A stretch of DNA of 43,911 bases, from positions 33,678,511 to 33,722,421 of the forward strand of contig NC_068996.1 in assembly GCF_001194135.2 (NCBI RefSeq), given 5' to 3'. The DNA is from Octopus bimaculoides. Lineage: Eukaryota. A program made the translations under genes and the position numbers. Positions within the stretch are counted from its first letter, which is position 1. Each line of letters opens with the position of its first letter. Of the stretch, positions 1 through 12,189 are shown one piece after another. Under the pieces are notes generated by a model, which did not search any database, was not told where the DNA came from, and worked only from the letters and a program-made list of their open reading frames with translations.

Positions 1-56
<56 letters not shown>

Positions 57-69
57 GTGTGTGTGTGTC
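1..69. repeat. (GT)n microsatellite
   Basis: Near-perfect GT run from the window start; probably the internal microsatellite of the SINE whose 3' part follows. Confidence 0.95.
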
Positions 70-230
70 AATGTTGGTGTGTTTATGTCCACAAAACTTA
101 GCAGTTCAGAAAAAGAAACTGATAGAATAAATACTAGTCTTACAAATAATAAGTCATAGGGTTGATTTCTTCAACTAAAGGCAGTGCTTCAGGATGGCCA
201 CAGTCAAATGACTGAAACATGTAAAAGAGT
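70..230 (+). mobile_element. 3' half of a tRNA-derived SINE (same family as 401-797)
   Basis: Matches the reverse complement of 401-575 (gttggtgtgtttatgtcc...cagtcaaatgactgaaacatgtaaaagagt) with scattered substitutions. Confidence 0.85.
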
Positions 231-400
231 ATAATTATAACTACAACAATTTGACTATCAGAGTAAACCATACATGACAGCTCAAGTTTTAAACATTACT
301 TTGACCTATAAAAGAACATTGTTACACACATAGGGCAATATGCAGGTGTACAGATGTCAATGCACAGCCACTCAAAATGTCAATCTTTAGCATTATTATT

Positions 401-797
401 ACTCTTTTACTCTTTCACTTGTTTCAGTCATTTGACTGCGGCCATGCTGGAGCACCGCCTTTAGTCGAGCAAATCAACCCCAGGACTTATTCTTTGTAAG
501 CCTAGTACTTATTCTATCGGTCTCTTTTTACCAAACCGCTAAAATACGGGGACGTAAACACACCAGCATCGATTGTCAAGCGATGTTGGGGGGGACAAAC
601 ACAGACACACAAACACACATATATATATACATATACATATATACGACGGGCTTCTTTCAATTTCCGTCAACCAAATCCATTCACAAGGTTTTGGTCAGCC
701 CAAGGCTATAGTAGAAGACACTTGCCCAAGGTGCCACGCAGTGGGACTGAACCCGGAACCATGTGGTTGGTAAGCAAGCTACTTACCACACAGCCAC
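401..797 (-). mobile_element. Full-length tRNA-derived SINE with internal CA/TA microsatellite
   Basis: On the minus strand: A-box TGGCTGTGTGG (796-786), B-box-like GGTTCAGTCCC (753-743), CORE/MIR-like CCTTGGGCAAGT after the tRNA part, and an AAAAGAGT-type tail. Confidence 0.85.
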
Positions 798-1529
798 TTC
801 ATATTTTTTGTATGTTGCATTTTGTGCAGCTTGTTAATTATAAGAACACAAATTAAATATGTATTAATATCTACTGTATAAAATACTGTAACATATATTC
901 ATATCAACAATGGGCCACAAGTAGAACTAGTCATAAATGTAGAACATTGCCCCTCCATGTTCACTTTCATTGCATACACACTCCCTTTCGAAACATAATA
1001 ATACACTATACATTTCATCCCTAAACATTAATCCAAGCAATTTCACTGTGACCAAGCAATTTCACTATGTAATCAATAGCAATCACACTATATAAACAGG
1101 ATAGTCCATTTACAGCACAAACTATAACATTTAAACAAATGTTATGTACGAATATACATGCACACATATTTAGGTGCACTCCTATATGATCATATATTCC
1201 AAATTACATGTGTGTACACACTATAAATAGTGTACATTGTACTATAATTCCTATCTATAATGATTTCACTATACCATATCAGTTGAGTTGAACAATCAGT
1301 ATAAAAGGGAATATTTCAACAAAACAGTGCAATATACACACTGTACATAATTTATAATCATGTATTCATATTAGTAACTATTGATAAGTAAATAAATAAA
1401 GGGAAGAAGGAAGTCCATACAGCAAAGAATTATTCCAAGTACTAAAAAGAGAAGTCAAAGAAATAAAAGGTTGCTAATAAGGAGCAGAGACATAACATGA
1501 TTACAGCATATTGTACTAGAAAGAATTGA

Positions 1530-2060
1530 GACATTGTAGAGGAGAAAGCTTTCAACAGGATCCCTCACACAGTAATTTGGTAGGTTTCTGTTGGAAGCAG
1601 ATAATAGCTTGTTAGAGTCTCCAAACCATGTACAGTAATGCTGTTAGCAAGGTGAGATTTAGTGATGAGTTTACTGTGCAGGTCTTCCAGGGCTCAGTGT
1701 TCAGTACCCTTCTATTTATCACTCTCCTCCAGATCATTGCAGAAAAGCTTAACGCTGGACACATGTCAGAATTACTATTTATATGCTGATGACATTGCTC
1801 TCATAACTGAATATGAAGGAAGATTAGAGAAGAATTTCTAAGCATGGAAGGAAAAGATGGAATCAAAAAGTCTCAAAGTTAACTAAGCAAAGACTAGAGT
1901 ACTAGTAAGTAGGAAAACAGATAAACTTTCTTCCATTGAAGAAAGAGCCTGGTTTGATAGGTATAAAAAGAGTAGGAATTTCATAAAGCGTACTCAGTGC
2001 AGACCTTGAATGCACAAAAGTTGCATCACAAGTAGCTGGGGCCCTACAATTGTTGCTGAG
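1530..2060 (+). mobile_element. Degraded RTE-clade LINE reverse-transcriptase fragment
   Basis: EKAFNRIPH, QGSVFSTLLFI and YADD (1782-1793) motifs, then KV(N).AKTRVL and a CTQC..HKSC remnant; many stops and frameshifts. Confidence 0.85.
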
Positions 2061-2305
2061 AATTGGATGGTGAACAGGTACAGAAAATTACGACAAGCAT
2101 GGTCCCCCTCTTCCTTTGAGAATGTGAGGCTACAGCTTTATCCAAGGTACTGTTCCAAACAGCATAATTTTCCAAGAGCTATCTTCTCTGGCAAGATTTA
2201 TAGTATTTTGTATATATATACCAAGCAATCAATTAGAGATTCAGGAATATCCATGGTCTGAGACTTGAACAGATTATCAAAACTCTCAGTATTACTCTGT
2301 TGCCG

Positions 2306-4370
2306 GGAAACTCAGAGTTTCCTGGTGACCCAACAGGTCACGAGTAATATTAAATATTTAATATTAATATTAAAAATGAACTTCAATCGTGCTTGCTTGC
2401 AATGATACACAGCCAAACTGGTGCATAATGGGAAAATACTATGAATTAAGGTTCTCCTGAAATGTGAATACAAATGGAATAAAACAAGTTTCATGTAAAT
2501 TGGGAAACTGGTTCTTGAGATATTGGGGGTTTGGGGGGTATAAATACTCCAAACAGTGCATAATGGGAAAACACTCCATAAATAACTTAACCCTGAAAGG
2601 GAAGAAACTAACTTTTCAATTAGACACATTATGATGGGCAAAATTCTTAGTGACTTGCTATTGAAGAAATACGAGTTGTTTTTTATAGTAAATGTTTCTA
2701 ATTTTGCTTTTGTTAAACAATATTTTAATCATTTACAAATATTTTTAAGTGAATGTGATTTTCAGCTTTCTTTAAACAGACAATATTTTAATCTTTTTCC
2801 AAATCATTTCAAGGGAAAATTTTGGGGGACATATTAAAAAATATCTTAAAGTGAAAATGACTTTTAAAGTATGGTAAATATTTCATAAAAGATCCGTTTG
2901 TAACCTTGGTGTGAAATAATTTTTTTCCATAGGTTTTTTCGAGTGCATTCAACGTATTTCACCTCCAAAGATTTGGCTGCTATTTCTAGCACACCCTGCA
3001 ACTACATAACAGCTATTTGCGATAAAGGATCCAAAATAACTGTTACATGGTAGCAGGGCATGCAAGGAATAGCAATCAAATCTTTCCTTTTCTGGGTAAA
3101 GGAGCCATTTACATGTGATTTTGATGTCACATTTGTTGAAAGCATGTGAAATAATCTGGGGAAAAAAGAAAATATCCATGAAACAAAACTGTTGGTGGGA
3201 CAATCTAGGTGAAGAGTTTTTGAACAATTACATCTTAGTACCTCTCAATCAAATGATGAGAAGCAACAATTCCACCTATATCAGATGCTTCCCTGGAATC
3301 ATAAAAGAGTACCGATGCCACTCATTTCCCGACTGAATTCCTTGATTCACTTGAACTATCAGGACTGCCACCACATAAGCTGGAATTGAAAAAAGGATCA
3401 CCCATAATTCTAATGAGGAACTCGAGTCCTCCAAGGCTTTGTAATGGAATGCATATGAACATGGAAGAACTGCACAACAATCTCGTAGTAGCAAGAATCA
3501 ATACTGCCACTTTCAGAAATGAAATCATTATGATACCAAGAATAACAATTTATCTGAAGGTGAGGATATCCCTTTGCAGCAAAGTCAATTCCCAGTTCAA
3601 TCATGCCAATCATGACAATTCATAAGGCACAAGGACAAATTATGGACAACGTCTTGATTTATCTGGAACAGCCTGTATTCCAACACGGTCAACTGTATGT
3701 GGCCCTTAGCTGCAGAAAACGAAAGGAGAATGTCAGAGTGTTCCTGAAGGATACCCAATCAACTAAGAATGTTGTCATCAAAAGCATTCTTTTAAACAAA
3801 CTGTAACAGTGTCAAAATGAGAAAATATTCCTTCCGACGTCAGAACATGGAAGGAAAAGGAAAAACTAAGACAAGTATGAATAATTTCCTTCATTTCAAT
3901 GCAATGTTGTATTCAGCCTCAATGTTTTATAACCTGAACCGTCAGTGACCTAACAGAGCCATTTATGTGTGATATTGATGTAAATAGAAGGGACGATGAG
4001 ACTAATAAAGCAAGGGCTGAGCATCTGGAAGAACAGAGGGAAAGAGACAGAAGCAGGAGAGATCAGGAAATGAACACTTGAAGTGCTGAGACAAAAGCAG
4101 GAGATGTCTTGAATTGGATGCTCATGTGAATACAAATGGAATAAAACAAGTTTTGCGTAAATCAAACCACAGGTTACTGAGATAAATATGGGAGGGGTGG
4201 GTATCTTTATAAATAGCCAAATGTGCATATAATGGGGAAAATGCTTTGAAAGTAAGGTACCACTGAAATGTGAATACACACGGAATAACAGAAATTTCGC
4301 ATAAATTGGCCCACGGTTTTTTTCGGATACCTTAAACTATTGGGGACACAACAGGTTACAGGTAGTCTAG
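2306..4370 (+). mobile_element. Composite Helitron remnant with repeated subterminal units and hairpin/CTAG end
   Basis: A ~135-140-bp unit (gtgcataatgggaaaa...gaaatgtgaatac..a.ggaataa) is repeated at 2410-2580 and 4125-4310. Hairpin GTGACC-CAACA-GGTCAC at 2325-2341, variants at 3945 and ~4343, the last followed by CTAG at 4367-4370. Confidence 0.55.
3060..3806 (+). pseudogene. C-terminal part of a Helitron-type PIF1 helicase (frameshifted)
   Basis: AIKSFLFW, EFLDSLELSGLPPHKLELKKGSPIILMRN..PPRLCNG and MTIHKAQGQ...PVFQHGQLYVALS...TKNVV are the conserved PIF1/Helitron helicase C-terminal motifs. Confidence 0.9.
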
Positions 4371-4749
4371 CATTATTATAAAAATGAAAAATAAACATAT
4401 TTAAGAAAGGTCATTTTTGTATTCAACTATTAGTGATGTCAGTGGATAATGAAATAATAATAAAAATAAACAAGAATTCTACATTATAACAATTTTAAAT
4501 ATACAGAAATATAATCTAAAAATGGCTATTTATGTATTCAACTACTGGTGATGTCACTGGATAATTAAAGAATGAAAAATAAAGATAAAAATTCTATGAG
4601 TATTAGAAATTTAGACAATTATTAGAATTATTAGAAACTTAATCAACAATTAGTTATCTACTTATTAAATTATTAAACCTTTTAGAAGAATTAACCTTAT
4701 TATATGATATATGAAAAATTATTACAATTAATAACTGAAATATTTGAAT

Positions 4750-5580
4750 GTCTTTCTAAATTCATGGCAACATCTTATTGTAAAGTTCACATTAAAATTC
4801 AATAAAATTAATTTAGAAGTAATTATATAATGTTTCTTCAAGGCAAAGATCACATGTAGAATTACCAATATTGTACGATGGTGCATAACTAATAATGGAC
4901 CATTTTAAATCCTACTTAATGTTCTTATCTTTTAAATCCCAAATGCATTTACTAAGATTTATAGAATTACTTTTTCTTCTATATGAATGAGAATGATTAT
5001 GAAATCTAGATTTCCATTTAGTAGCAGATGAACCAATATAATAATACTTATGATCTGTTATTATCTTACACTGATATACCATATATTTTTCCTTAAACAC
5101 TCATTTTCTAAAGGGCATACAATTTTATTTTGACAATCACATAGGCATTTATTCATTTGCATTTGGTACACAGTTAAAAAAAAATTCCAGTAGTTCCCCT
5201 CTGCAAATTAGGTGGGATTATTATTACTACAATTAATATTAAAGCTAGGTGATAACCTAACTGTATTATCAGAGTTATGATTACTTATAGAATCAAAACC
5301 TAGTTCAGAAAGAATATCATTAGAGTTATTAGATATTCCTTAAATCTCTGTTTATTGTGTGCTGCTATAATCTCAGTGTAAAGCTTTTTGTATTCAACCA
5401 CTAGAAATTTAACTATGGCAATTAAATAATTTCCCATATTTACCTGAAGTGAGGAAATATTTATCTAGAGCAGCAAAAAATTTGGGGGGGATATTTGAAG
5501 CTATTGAATATGAGAATGGAGCATTATACCATATAAGATTTGTTGATCTATTCTTTTTATTATCTATATAAACTTTTTTA
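4750..5580 (-). mobile_element. Penelope-like element 1: RT-to-endonuclease linker and GIY-YIG endonuclease (degraded)
   Basis: IWYNAPFS and IIAAHNK linker motifs; VYQC...YYYIGS...KSRFHNH (ORF 4912-5100); WSIISYAPSY...CDLCLEE C-terminal motif. Confidence 0.9.
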
Positions 5581-5656
5581 TTAGTACTACCTTTAACATT
5601 GGATTTTTCCTACTGTCTTACTGTAATTTTATTCTTAAATTTATTATTATTGTGAT

Positions 5657-6211
5657 TAAGCCAAGTGAGACCATAACCTGTGGCCTATACCAGTGGTGTA
5701 ACCAGCCCACTTATTTGTACCTTTCCTTCATTGGACACTAAACTCTGCTTGCGAAGACCTGTTCAGGCAAGTGAACTTGAAATCAAATTCGATGAAAGCA
5801 CCACTTGACTGGCATCTGTGCTAGTGGAGCGCTAAGAGCAACATCTGAGCATGATCGTTGCCAGGGCCACTAACTGGCTCCCGTGCTGGTGGCACATAAA
5901 AAGCACCATTTGAGTGTGATTGTTACTAGCATTGCCTTATTGGCACTTGTGCCGGCAGCACGTGAAAGACAACATTCAAGCGAGGTCGTTGCCAGTGCCA
6001 CTAGACTGGCTCCTGTGCAGGTGACACGTAAAAAACACCATTTGAGCGTCATGGCTGTTGCCAGTACCGCCTGACTGGCGCTCGTGTCAGTAGCACATAA
6101 AAGCACCCACTACACTCTCGGAATGGTTGGCGTTAGGAAGGGCATCCAGCTGTACAAATTCTGCCAGTCAAACCGTCCAGCCCATGCCAGCATGGAAAGC
6201 TGACGTTAAAC

Positions 6212-6248
<37 letters not shown>

Positions 6249-6250
6249 GT
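5657..6250 (+). mobile_element. RTE-family 3' UTR with ~60-bp subrepeats and (GAT)n tail
   Basis: Repeated cgttgccagt..gactggc..cgtg...cacgtaaaaagcacc units, then ggttggcgttaggaagggcatccagc...catggaaagctgacgttaaac(gat)n. The same tail ends the RT-bearing copies at 15640-16140 and 19514-22535. Confidence 0.85.
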
Positions 6251-6272
6251 CGTCGTCGTCGTCGTCGTCGTC

Positions 6273-6876
6273 NNNNNNNNNNNNNNNNNNNNNNNNNNNN
6301 NNNNNNNNNNNNNNNNNNNNNNNNNNNNNNNNNNNNNNNNNNNNNNNNNNNNNNNNNNNNNNNNNNNNNNNNNNNNNNNNNNNNNNNNNNNNNNNNNNNN
6401 NNNNNNNNNNNNNNNNNNNNNNNNNNNNNNNNNNNNNNNNNNNNNNNNNNNNNNNNNNNNNNNNNNNNNNNNNNNNNNNNNNNNNNNNNNNNNNNNNNNN
6501 NNNNNNNNNNNNNNNNNNNNNNNNNNNNNNNNNNNNNNNNNNNNNNNNNNNNNNNNNNNNNNNNNNNNNNNNNNNNNNNNNNNNNNNNNNNNNNNNNNNN
6601 NNNNNNNNNNNNNNNNNNNNNNNNNNNNNNNNNNNNNNNNNNNNNNNNNNNNNNNNNNNNNNNNNNNNNNNNNNNNNNNNNNNNNNNNNNNNNNNNNNNN
6701 NNNNNNNNNNNNNNNNNNNNNNNNNNNNNNNNNNNNNNNNNNNNNNNNNNNNNNNNNNNNNNNNNNNNNNNNNNNNNNNNNNNNNNNNNNNNNNNNNNNN
6801 NNNNNNNNNNNNNNNNNNNNNNNNNNNNNNNNNNNNNNNNNNNNNNNNNNNNNNNNNNNNNNNNNNNNNNNNNNNN
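6273..6876. other. Assembly gap (others at 11899-12013, 17449-17768, 27191-27872, 32456-32474, 37079-37088)
   Basis: N runs, most flanked by microsatellites or tandem repeats. Confidence 1.
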
Positions 6877-6891
6877 TCGTCGTCGTCATCA

Positions 6892-6925
<34 letters not shown>

Positions 6926-7169
6926 TACCAACCATATATTTAGTATTTACATTTTCAGACCTACACTTTCTTCAATACTTAGATTTTTGCTAACACATTT
7001 GTATCATTATTGCTCTTTCTTTTATTTAGTTTAGTTAAAAAAGATTGCTTCATTTATTTCTATCTAAATTATTCAGTTTTATTATACTCCCTATTAATTT
7101 CCATCTTATCCAAAATTCTATCATTTCCAAGAAATTTATTATTATTATGATTCTGGATACAGTCACTTT

Positions 7170-7559
7170 TATCTTTATATCCAGCTTCAAATAAAGCATG
7201 GTTATAGTAATTTTGATTTTGTTTAAATACATCCTCATTAGCCGAAAGTCTTGAAATATGAGTAGATATATTTTTAATGATACAATTTATTATGCTTCAT
7301 GGATGATTTGAATTTTTATTTACATATCTTAAGCATTCATTAGGCTTATTAATGTTGGAATAGCTCATTACTTAAACCAAGAGTAACATCAAGGAAGTTA
7401 GTTCTAGTATAGTATAGCGACAGATAGACCGAGACGCTTAAAGAATTTTAAAAGATTTTTCTGGACCTTTCTAAATTAACCATATTAGATCTATATATAG
7501 TGAATAGAGTGTCATCTCTATATAACCCACTTCTTAATTCAAGAAATTCATTATGTATA
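7170..7559 (-). mobile_element. Penelope-like element 1: RT catalytic region and thumb
   Basis: IHNEFLELRSGLYRDDTLF (YRDD motif), FLDVT, KPN..LRYVNKNSNHP and YYNHALFEAGY; in frame with the 14612-14864 segment once the Gypsy and one TSD are removed. Confidence 0.9.
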
Positions 7560-7867
7560 TGTGGTATCCTCCATCTTCAATGTCATGGTACTGACACGAT
7601 ATTGTGACAGATGGTTTAGATACACTTGTACCTGTGTTGTAACAGTAAACAAGATAACGATGCAATTATAATAACAATGTAACAACCCAACAATCTCTTC
7701 ATGAAGCTACAATCAATATTCCAAACAAACTAACCAGCCGACACCTTCCGACTTCACTGTGAACTCAACTTGAACTAACTCACAAACTTCACTCCAACCG
7801 CTGCTATTTATAATCACTTGGTCCAATCTATTTACCACAAGGGAGTGTTGGGACTCTCATCACAACA
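7560..7867 (-). repeat. 3' LTR of Gypsy B
   Basis: Direct repeat of 14341-14611 (about 80% identical by eye, with indels), preceded on the minus strand by the PPT. Confidence 0.9.
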
Positions 7868-7878
7868 TCTCCCCTTTT
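7868..7878 (-). promoter_or_regulatory. Polypurine tract AAAAGGGGAGA
   Basis: Immediately abuts the TGTTG start of the 3' LTR on the minus strand. Confidence 0.85.
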
Positions 7879-7889
7879 GAGATTTTGAC

Positions 7890-10800
7890 TTCCATAAGTG
7901 TTGCATTGTATTTGTTTATCGATAAAGATATAACATCTGGTGACAAGGATCATTCAAAACTCACATGGGTTAATTGACAATTTCTGCATCATGGAAAACC
8001 TATTAGATGCAGTAGTACAGCTTCAAGAGAAGCAACAACTACAGGAATTGTGAAAACAAATACTACAGCTACAACAACAATTGAGTTACAGTTGGTGAAG
8101 TCCAAAAATCCAGTAAGTTCATTTACATCAGGTGTCATGGCTAATCCAATTTCTGAATTTATGTATAATCCAGAGGAGGGTGTTACATTTTTTGTGTATT
8201 ATAGAAGTTATGAAGAAATTTTTAACAAGTGCAAGTCATAGTTGGAGGAGCAAACAGTAAAGCTTTTACTATGCAAGGTAGCTCCTGTTAATGTAACTTT
8301 ATTCTGCCTAAAAACTCAAGTGAGATTGGTTTTCAAAAATCCATGGAAATGCTTTCAAAAATTTTTGTGATAGAAGTTCATTATTTAACACCAGAATGGA
8401 GTGTTGAAACTTAACAACAAATGAGGAGGAGAATTTTATCACCTATGCTGGAGTAGTCAACCATATGTGTGGAGATTTCAAACTCCAGGATCTCACTCAG
8501 GATATGTTCAAATCCCTTATCTTCATGCAAGGATTTATAGCACCCAAATACAGAGAAATTCAGGCAAGAATTCTCTTGAAAATGGAGCAAGCAAACCAGG
8601 ATTTATCTCCACAGACCATTGCAGAAGAATGTCAGACTATGGTAAATCTTAAACATGATGTGAAAAAAATACAAGATAAAGACACTGCAAAAATTCAAAA
8701 ATGTGTCGTCCTGGAAAGCACAATAAAAAAAAAAAGTGTCAGGCCCCAATCCATGTTATGGTTGTAGAGGCCTACACTACAAAAAGGACTGTCCATTTAA
8801 ATACAAAAAATGCTATAGTTGTCAGAAGCTGGAACACAGGAGTTCTCATTGTAGAACAAGACTATGAGGCTCAAACACAAAAAGTTGTAAGGTGTTTTCA
8901 GCAGAGAGTGATTGTGACGGAAAAACAAGAGAATCCGTGCAAGGGAAACTAAATGACATGAATACCAAATTACTGTTAAAAACAGGTAGTGACATCTTGA
9001 TTATAAATGCAGATACTTGGAAAAAAATTGGTAAACCAAGATTATGTAAAACAGTGAAAATAGTGCATGGCATGGGTAATAAATTACATTTCACGGGCAA
9101 AACATGTATCAACGTCACATTTTGAGGAGAGACACGCAAAGCAAAATTATTTGTTGTGGATAATACAATCAATCTGTTTGGTATAGATTGGTTAGAACTA
9201 TTCAATTTATGGCACCTCCCCATAAACCTTTGCAGCAATAACATAAATGGTTGTCCCGTTAAAAACAAGTCTTCAGAAGACCTGAAGAAAAAATTGAAAA
9301 AATGTTCCAGCAAGTGTTATCAGAGGATCTAGGTCTATGTAGGAACATGGAAGCCTATTTCCAAGTAAATGAAAATGCTGTATCTATATTTAAAGCAAAC
9401 AGAAAAGTAACGTTCGCAACAATTTAAACCATAAATGAAGAGTTGGACAGACTCGAAAAGAGTGGAGTCATCAAAAATGTGGATTACTCGAAATGGTTGG
9501 CACCCACAGTATGTATTAAAAAAAAAAAAAAAGGCTGTGTGCCAATTTCTCTACAGGATTGAACAACTGCTTAAAAACATACCACCATCCACTCCTAACT
9601 GCAGATGACATTTTTCTCAAAGTTAAATGCTGGAAAATTTTTTTCCAAATTAGATCTGTCTGAAGCCTATTTACAGATAAAAGTAAAATGAAAAATGACT
9701 ATAAATACACACAGAGGATTGTACAGATATACACAATTACCTTTTGGATTAAAAGCTGCACTAGCAAATCATGGATATTATGTTATCTGATTGTGAATTT
9801 GCAATCCCGTACTTGGACAATATTTTGATCAAGAGTAGTTCTTGTGAACAGCATATGGAACACATAAAAGCTGTGTTTATGAAAATCAACGTCTCCGGGT
9901 TCATTTTGAGTGAAGAAAAATGTGAATTCTTTCTACCCCAAATTAAGTATTTAGGACAAATAATTCACAAATGTGGTATACGTCCTGACCTGTTGAGGGC
10001 AGACACAATAAGGAATGTGCCTGCACTGACAAATATTCCAACTTTACAAGCATTTCTTGGGTTGGCAAACTAGTATCAAAGTTACATTCTTAATATGCAA
10101 AGTTAAGAGTTCAATTGAACAACTTATTGAAAAAACAAGGTAAAGTGGAATTGGTCCACTAAATGCCAGAACACTTTTGAAGAAATAACAAAAATTCTAA
10201 TCTCAGACTTGTTGTTAGCATATTACGGTCCCAAAATGGACATCATTGTAGCATCTGATGCTTCCAAGCATGGATTAGGTGCAGTTCTACTTCATAAATA
10301 TGAAAACGGAAATATAAAACCAGTAGTTCATGTTTTGTGCTCGCTAATAGCAACAGAGAAGAGATATAGTCAAATTGAAAAGAAGGTCCTAGCAACTATT
10401 TTTGCAGTTAAAAAATTTCACAGGTTTCTGCATGGCAGAAGTTTTTTTATTGCAAACTGACCATAGACCTTTGCCGTCAATTTATGGTCTAAAAAAAGGT
10501 TACTGACTCATACTGTGAACTGCTTGCATGGATTAGGTGCAGTTCTACTTCATAAGTGTTATGGCATTTAGTGGACCAATTATAATATTACTAAATTATA
10601 ATTTCAAAATGCAATTACATTCCATCAAAAAAAAAAATTGATCATACTGACTGCTTTTTGAGATTAATTCCAAAAAATATGAACCACTAGAAGAGACTGT
10701 TATAGCTACACTGCAGGCAAAAAATGAAATTAATAGTGTTAAAATGAACATTATCCAAGAACTATCAGTGACTGCACAGGATATAAGAATGAAAGCTGTA

Positions 10801-11365
10801 GGGGATGAGTATATTACGAAAATAAAAGAAGCTTTAAAAAATAAACAGAATAAAAATTCAGTTGCCAGTAATTTTTCAGTTTGCAATGATATTCTGATGT
10901 ATGCCCAAAGAGCGGTGGTTCTAACTACATTCCAAAAAAGTGTATTACAACAATTTCACAGTGAACATCCAGGAATGTCAAGGATGAAGGCTCTGATGAG
11001 GAGTTAAGTCAATTGGCCATCTATAGACCAAGATATTGAAAACTTGGTGAGAATATGCCATGGTTGACTGCTCACTGCCAAAGCCCTGCCAGTAAAATAT
11101 CAATTATGGCCAGAGACAGAGAACCCATGGTTTAAGTTACACATTGGCTGTGCCAGATTAGTAAATGGTGCTTACTACCTAATCAGAGTAGATAGCCGTA
11201 CTAAATGGCCGAAGGTTTACAAGTGTTATAGACCAACCTCTAAGACATAGAGTTCTTATATAAATTGTTTGTATGATATGGTGTCCCTGACATGTTAGTT
11301 TCAGAGAACAGAATGCAGTTCTCTGGGTATGAATTGAAGAACTTCTGTAAAAGGCACGAGATAAT
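7890..11365 (+). mobile_element. Gypsy (Mag-like) element A: 5' LTR stub, PBS, gag-PR-RT-RNase H-partial integrase, all disrupted
   Basis: ...TAACA-tc-TGGTGACAAGGAT PBS (7938-7950). Gag NPISEFMYNPEEGVTF with two CCHC knuckles (~8745-8853). Protease LKTGSD. RT LSEAYLQI and YLDN. RNase H VASDASKHGLGAVL and YSQIEK. Integrase HSEHPGMSRMKALMRS and VDS.TKWP. Truncated at the 3' end. Confidence 0.92.
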
Positions 11366-11413
11366 TTTTGAATTTTTAAAATCTTTTAAATTTTGTAAAA
11401 ATATATTAGGAAG

Positions 11414-11446
<33 letters not shown>

Positions 11447-11447
<1 letters not shown>

Positions 11448-12167
11448 TAGCAGTATAGCCCGGCTTTGCCCGGGATTAAGTTGGGATTATTAAGCTAATC
11501 AAGTTCTTTATTTCAAACCAAACTAAGTAACATGACGTCAAATTTGGGCAGAATCAGTGTTGCAACTGGAGTGCATGGATTGAGAGTTTGATTGGCAGAG
11601 GTCATCAGGTTACACATGCCATCCCTTTGAAAACACCACCGCCATCATCTAACCCCTCTTTGCTCATGGGTTAGGAACCCTTCCAGCAAGGAAAATAGAA
11701 TGACCAAAAGGGCTCCCGTTTCTCTGTGTCTAAAGCGGTTCTGTTCAGATATGAGAACACGGATGTTACGAAAGTAAAACGTTAATGTTCGAAACTGCAG
11801 CAGGCCATAGATAATTCTTTATTTTGTATATTTCTCTTATTGTCCTGTTCTGGCGTTTCGCGAAATTTTTCTGGAGAACATTATTTTTCTTTGTGGTTNN
11901 NNNNNNNNNNNNNNNNNNNNNNNNNNNNNNNNNNNNNNNNNNNNNNNNNNNNNNNNNNNNNNNNNNNNNNNNNNNNNNNNNNNNNNNNNNNNNNNNNNNN
12001 NNNNNNNNNNNNNNTATATATATATGAGCAACACACACATACACACACACACGTATGTACACCAATTGCATACATACTTTTTGTACGCATACATGTTCGT
12101 ATGTGTGTGTGTGTGTTGCCTGTATATCAACAAAACACACACACCTTGCCTTACATATATATACGGA
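11447..12167 (-). mobile_element. Non-autonomous Helitron
   Basis: Minus strand reads A|TCCGTATATAT...CCCGG-GCAAAG-CCGGG-ctatactg-CTAG|T: TC 5' end, GC hairpin 8 nt before CTAG, inserted between A and T with no TSD. Confidence 0.85.
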
Positions 12168-12189
12168 TAAATGATTTGAAATAAATATA

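Noticed and set aside
3828-3869. TTCCTTCC/GGAAGGAA hairpin plus CTAA as the Helitron 3' end
   Set aside because: Low-complexity stem, not followed by T; a better family-type end exists at 4343-4370.
4418-4565. Two 33-bp repeats 115 bp apart with CTGGTGA/TTAGTGA-TGTC..GATA..GAAA, as a hammerhead
   Set aside because: No stem I or NUH triplet can be built, and the spacing to GAAA is wrong.
6168-7034. Long ORFs with poly-M/D/H/T/V runs, and similar ORFs at 11824-12184, 17410-18124 and 26972-28195
   Set aside because: They stay open only because they cross N gaps and microsatellites. The real coding parts are transposon remnants listed separately.
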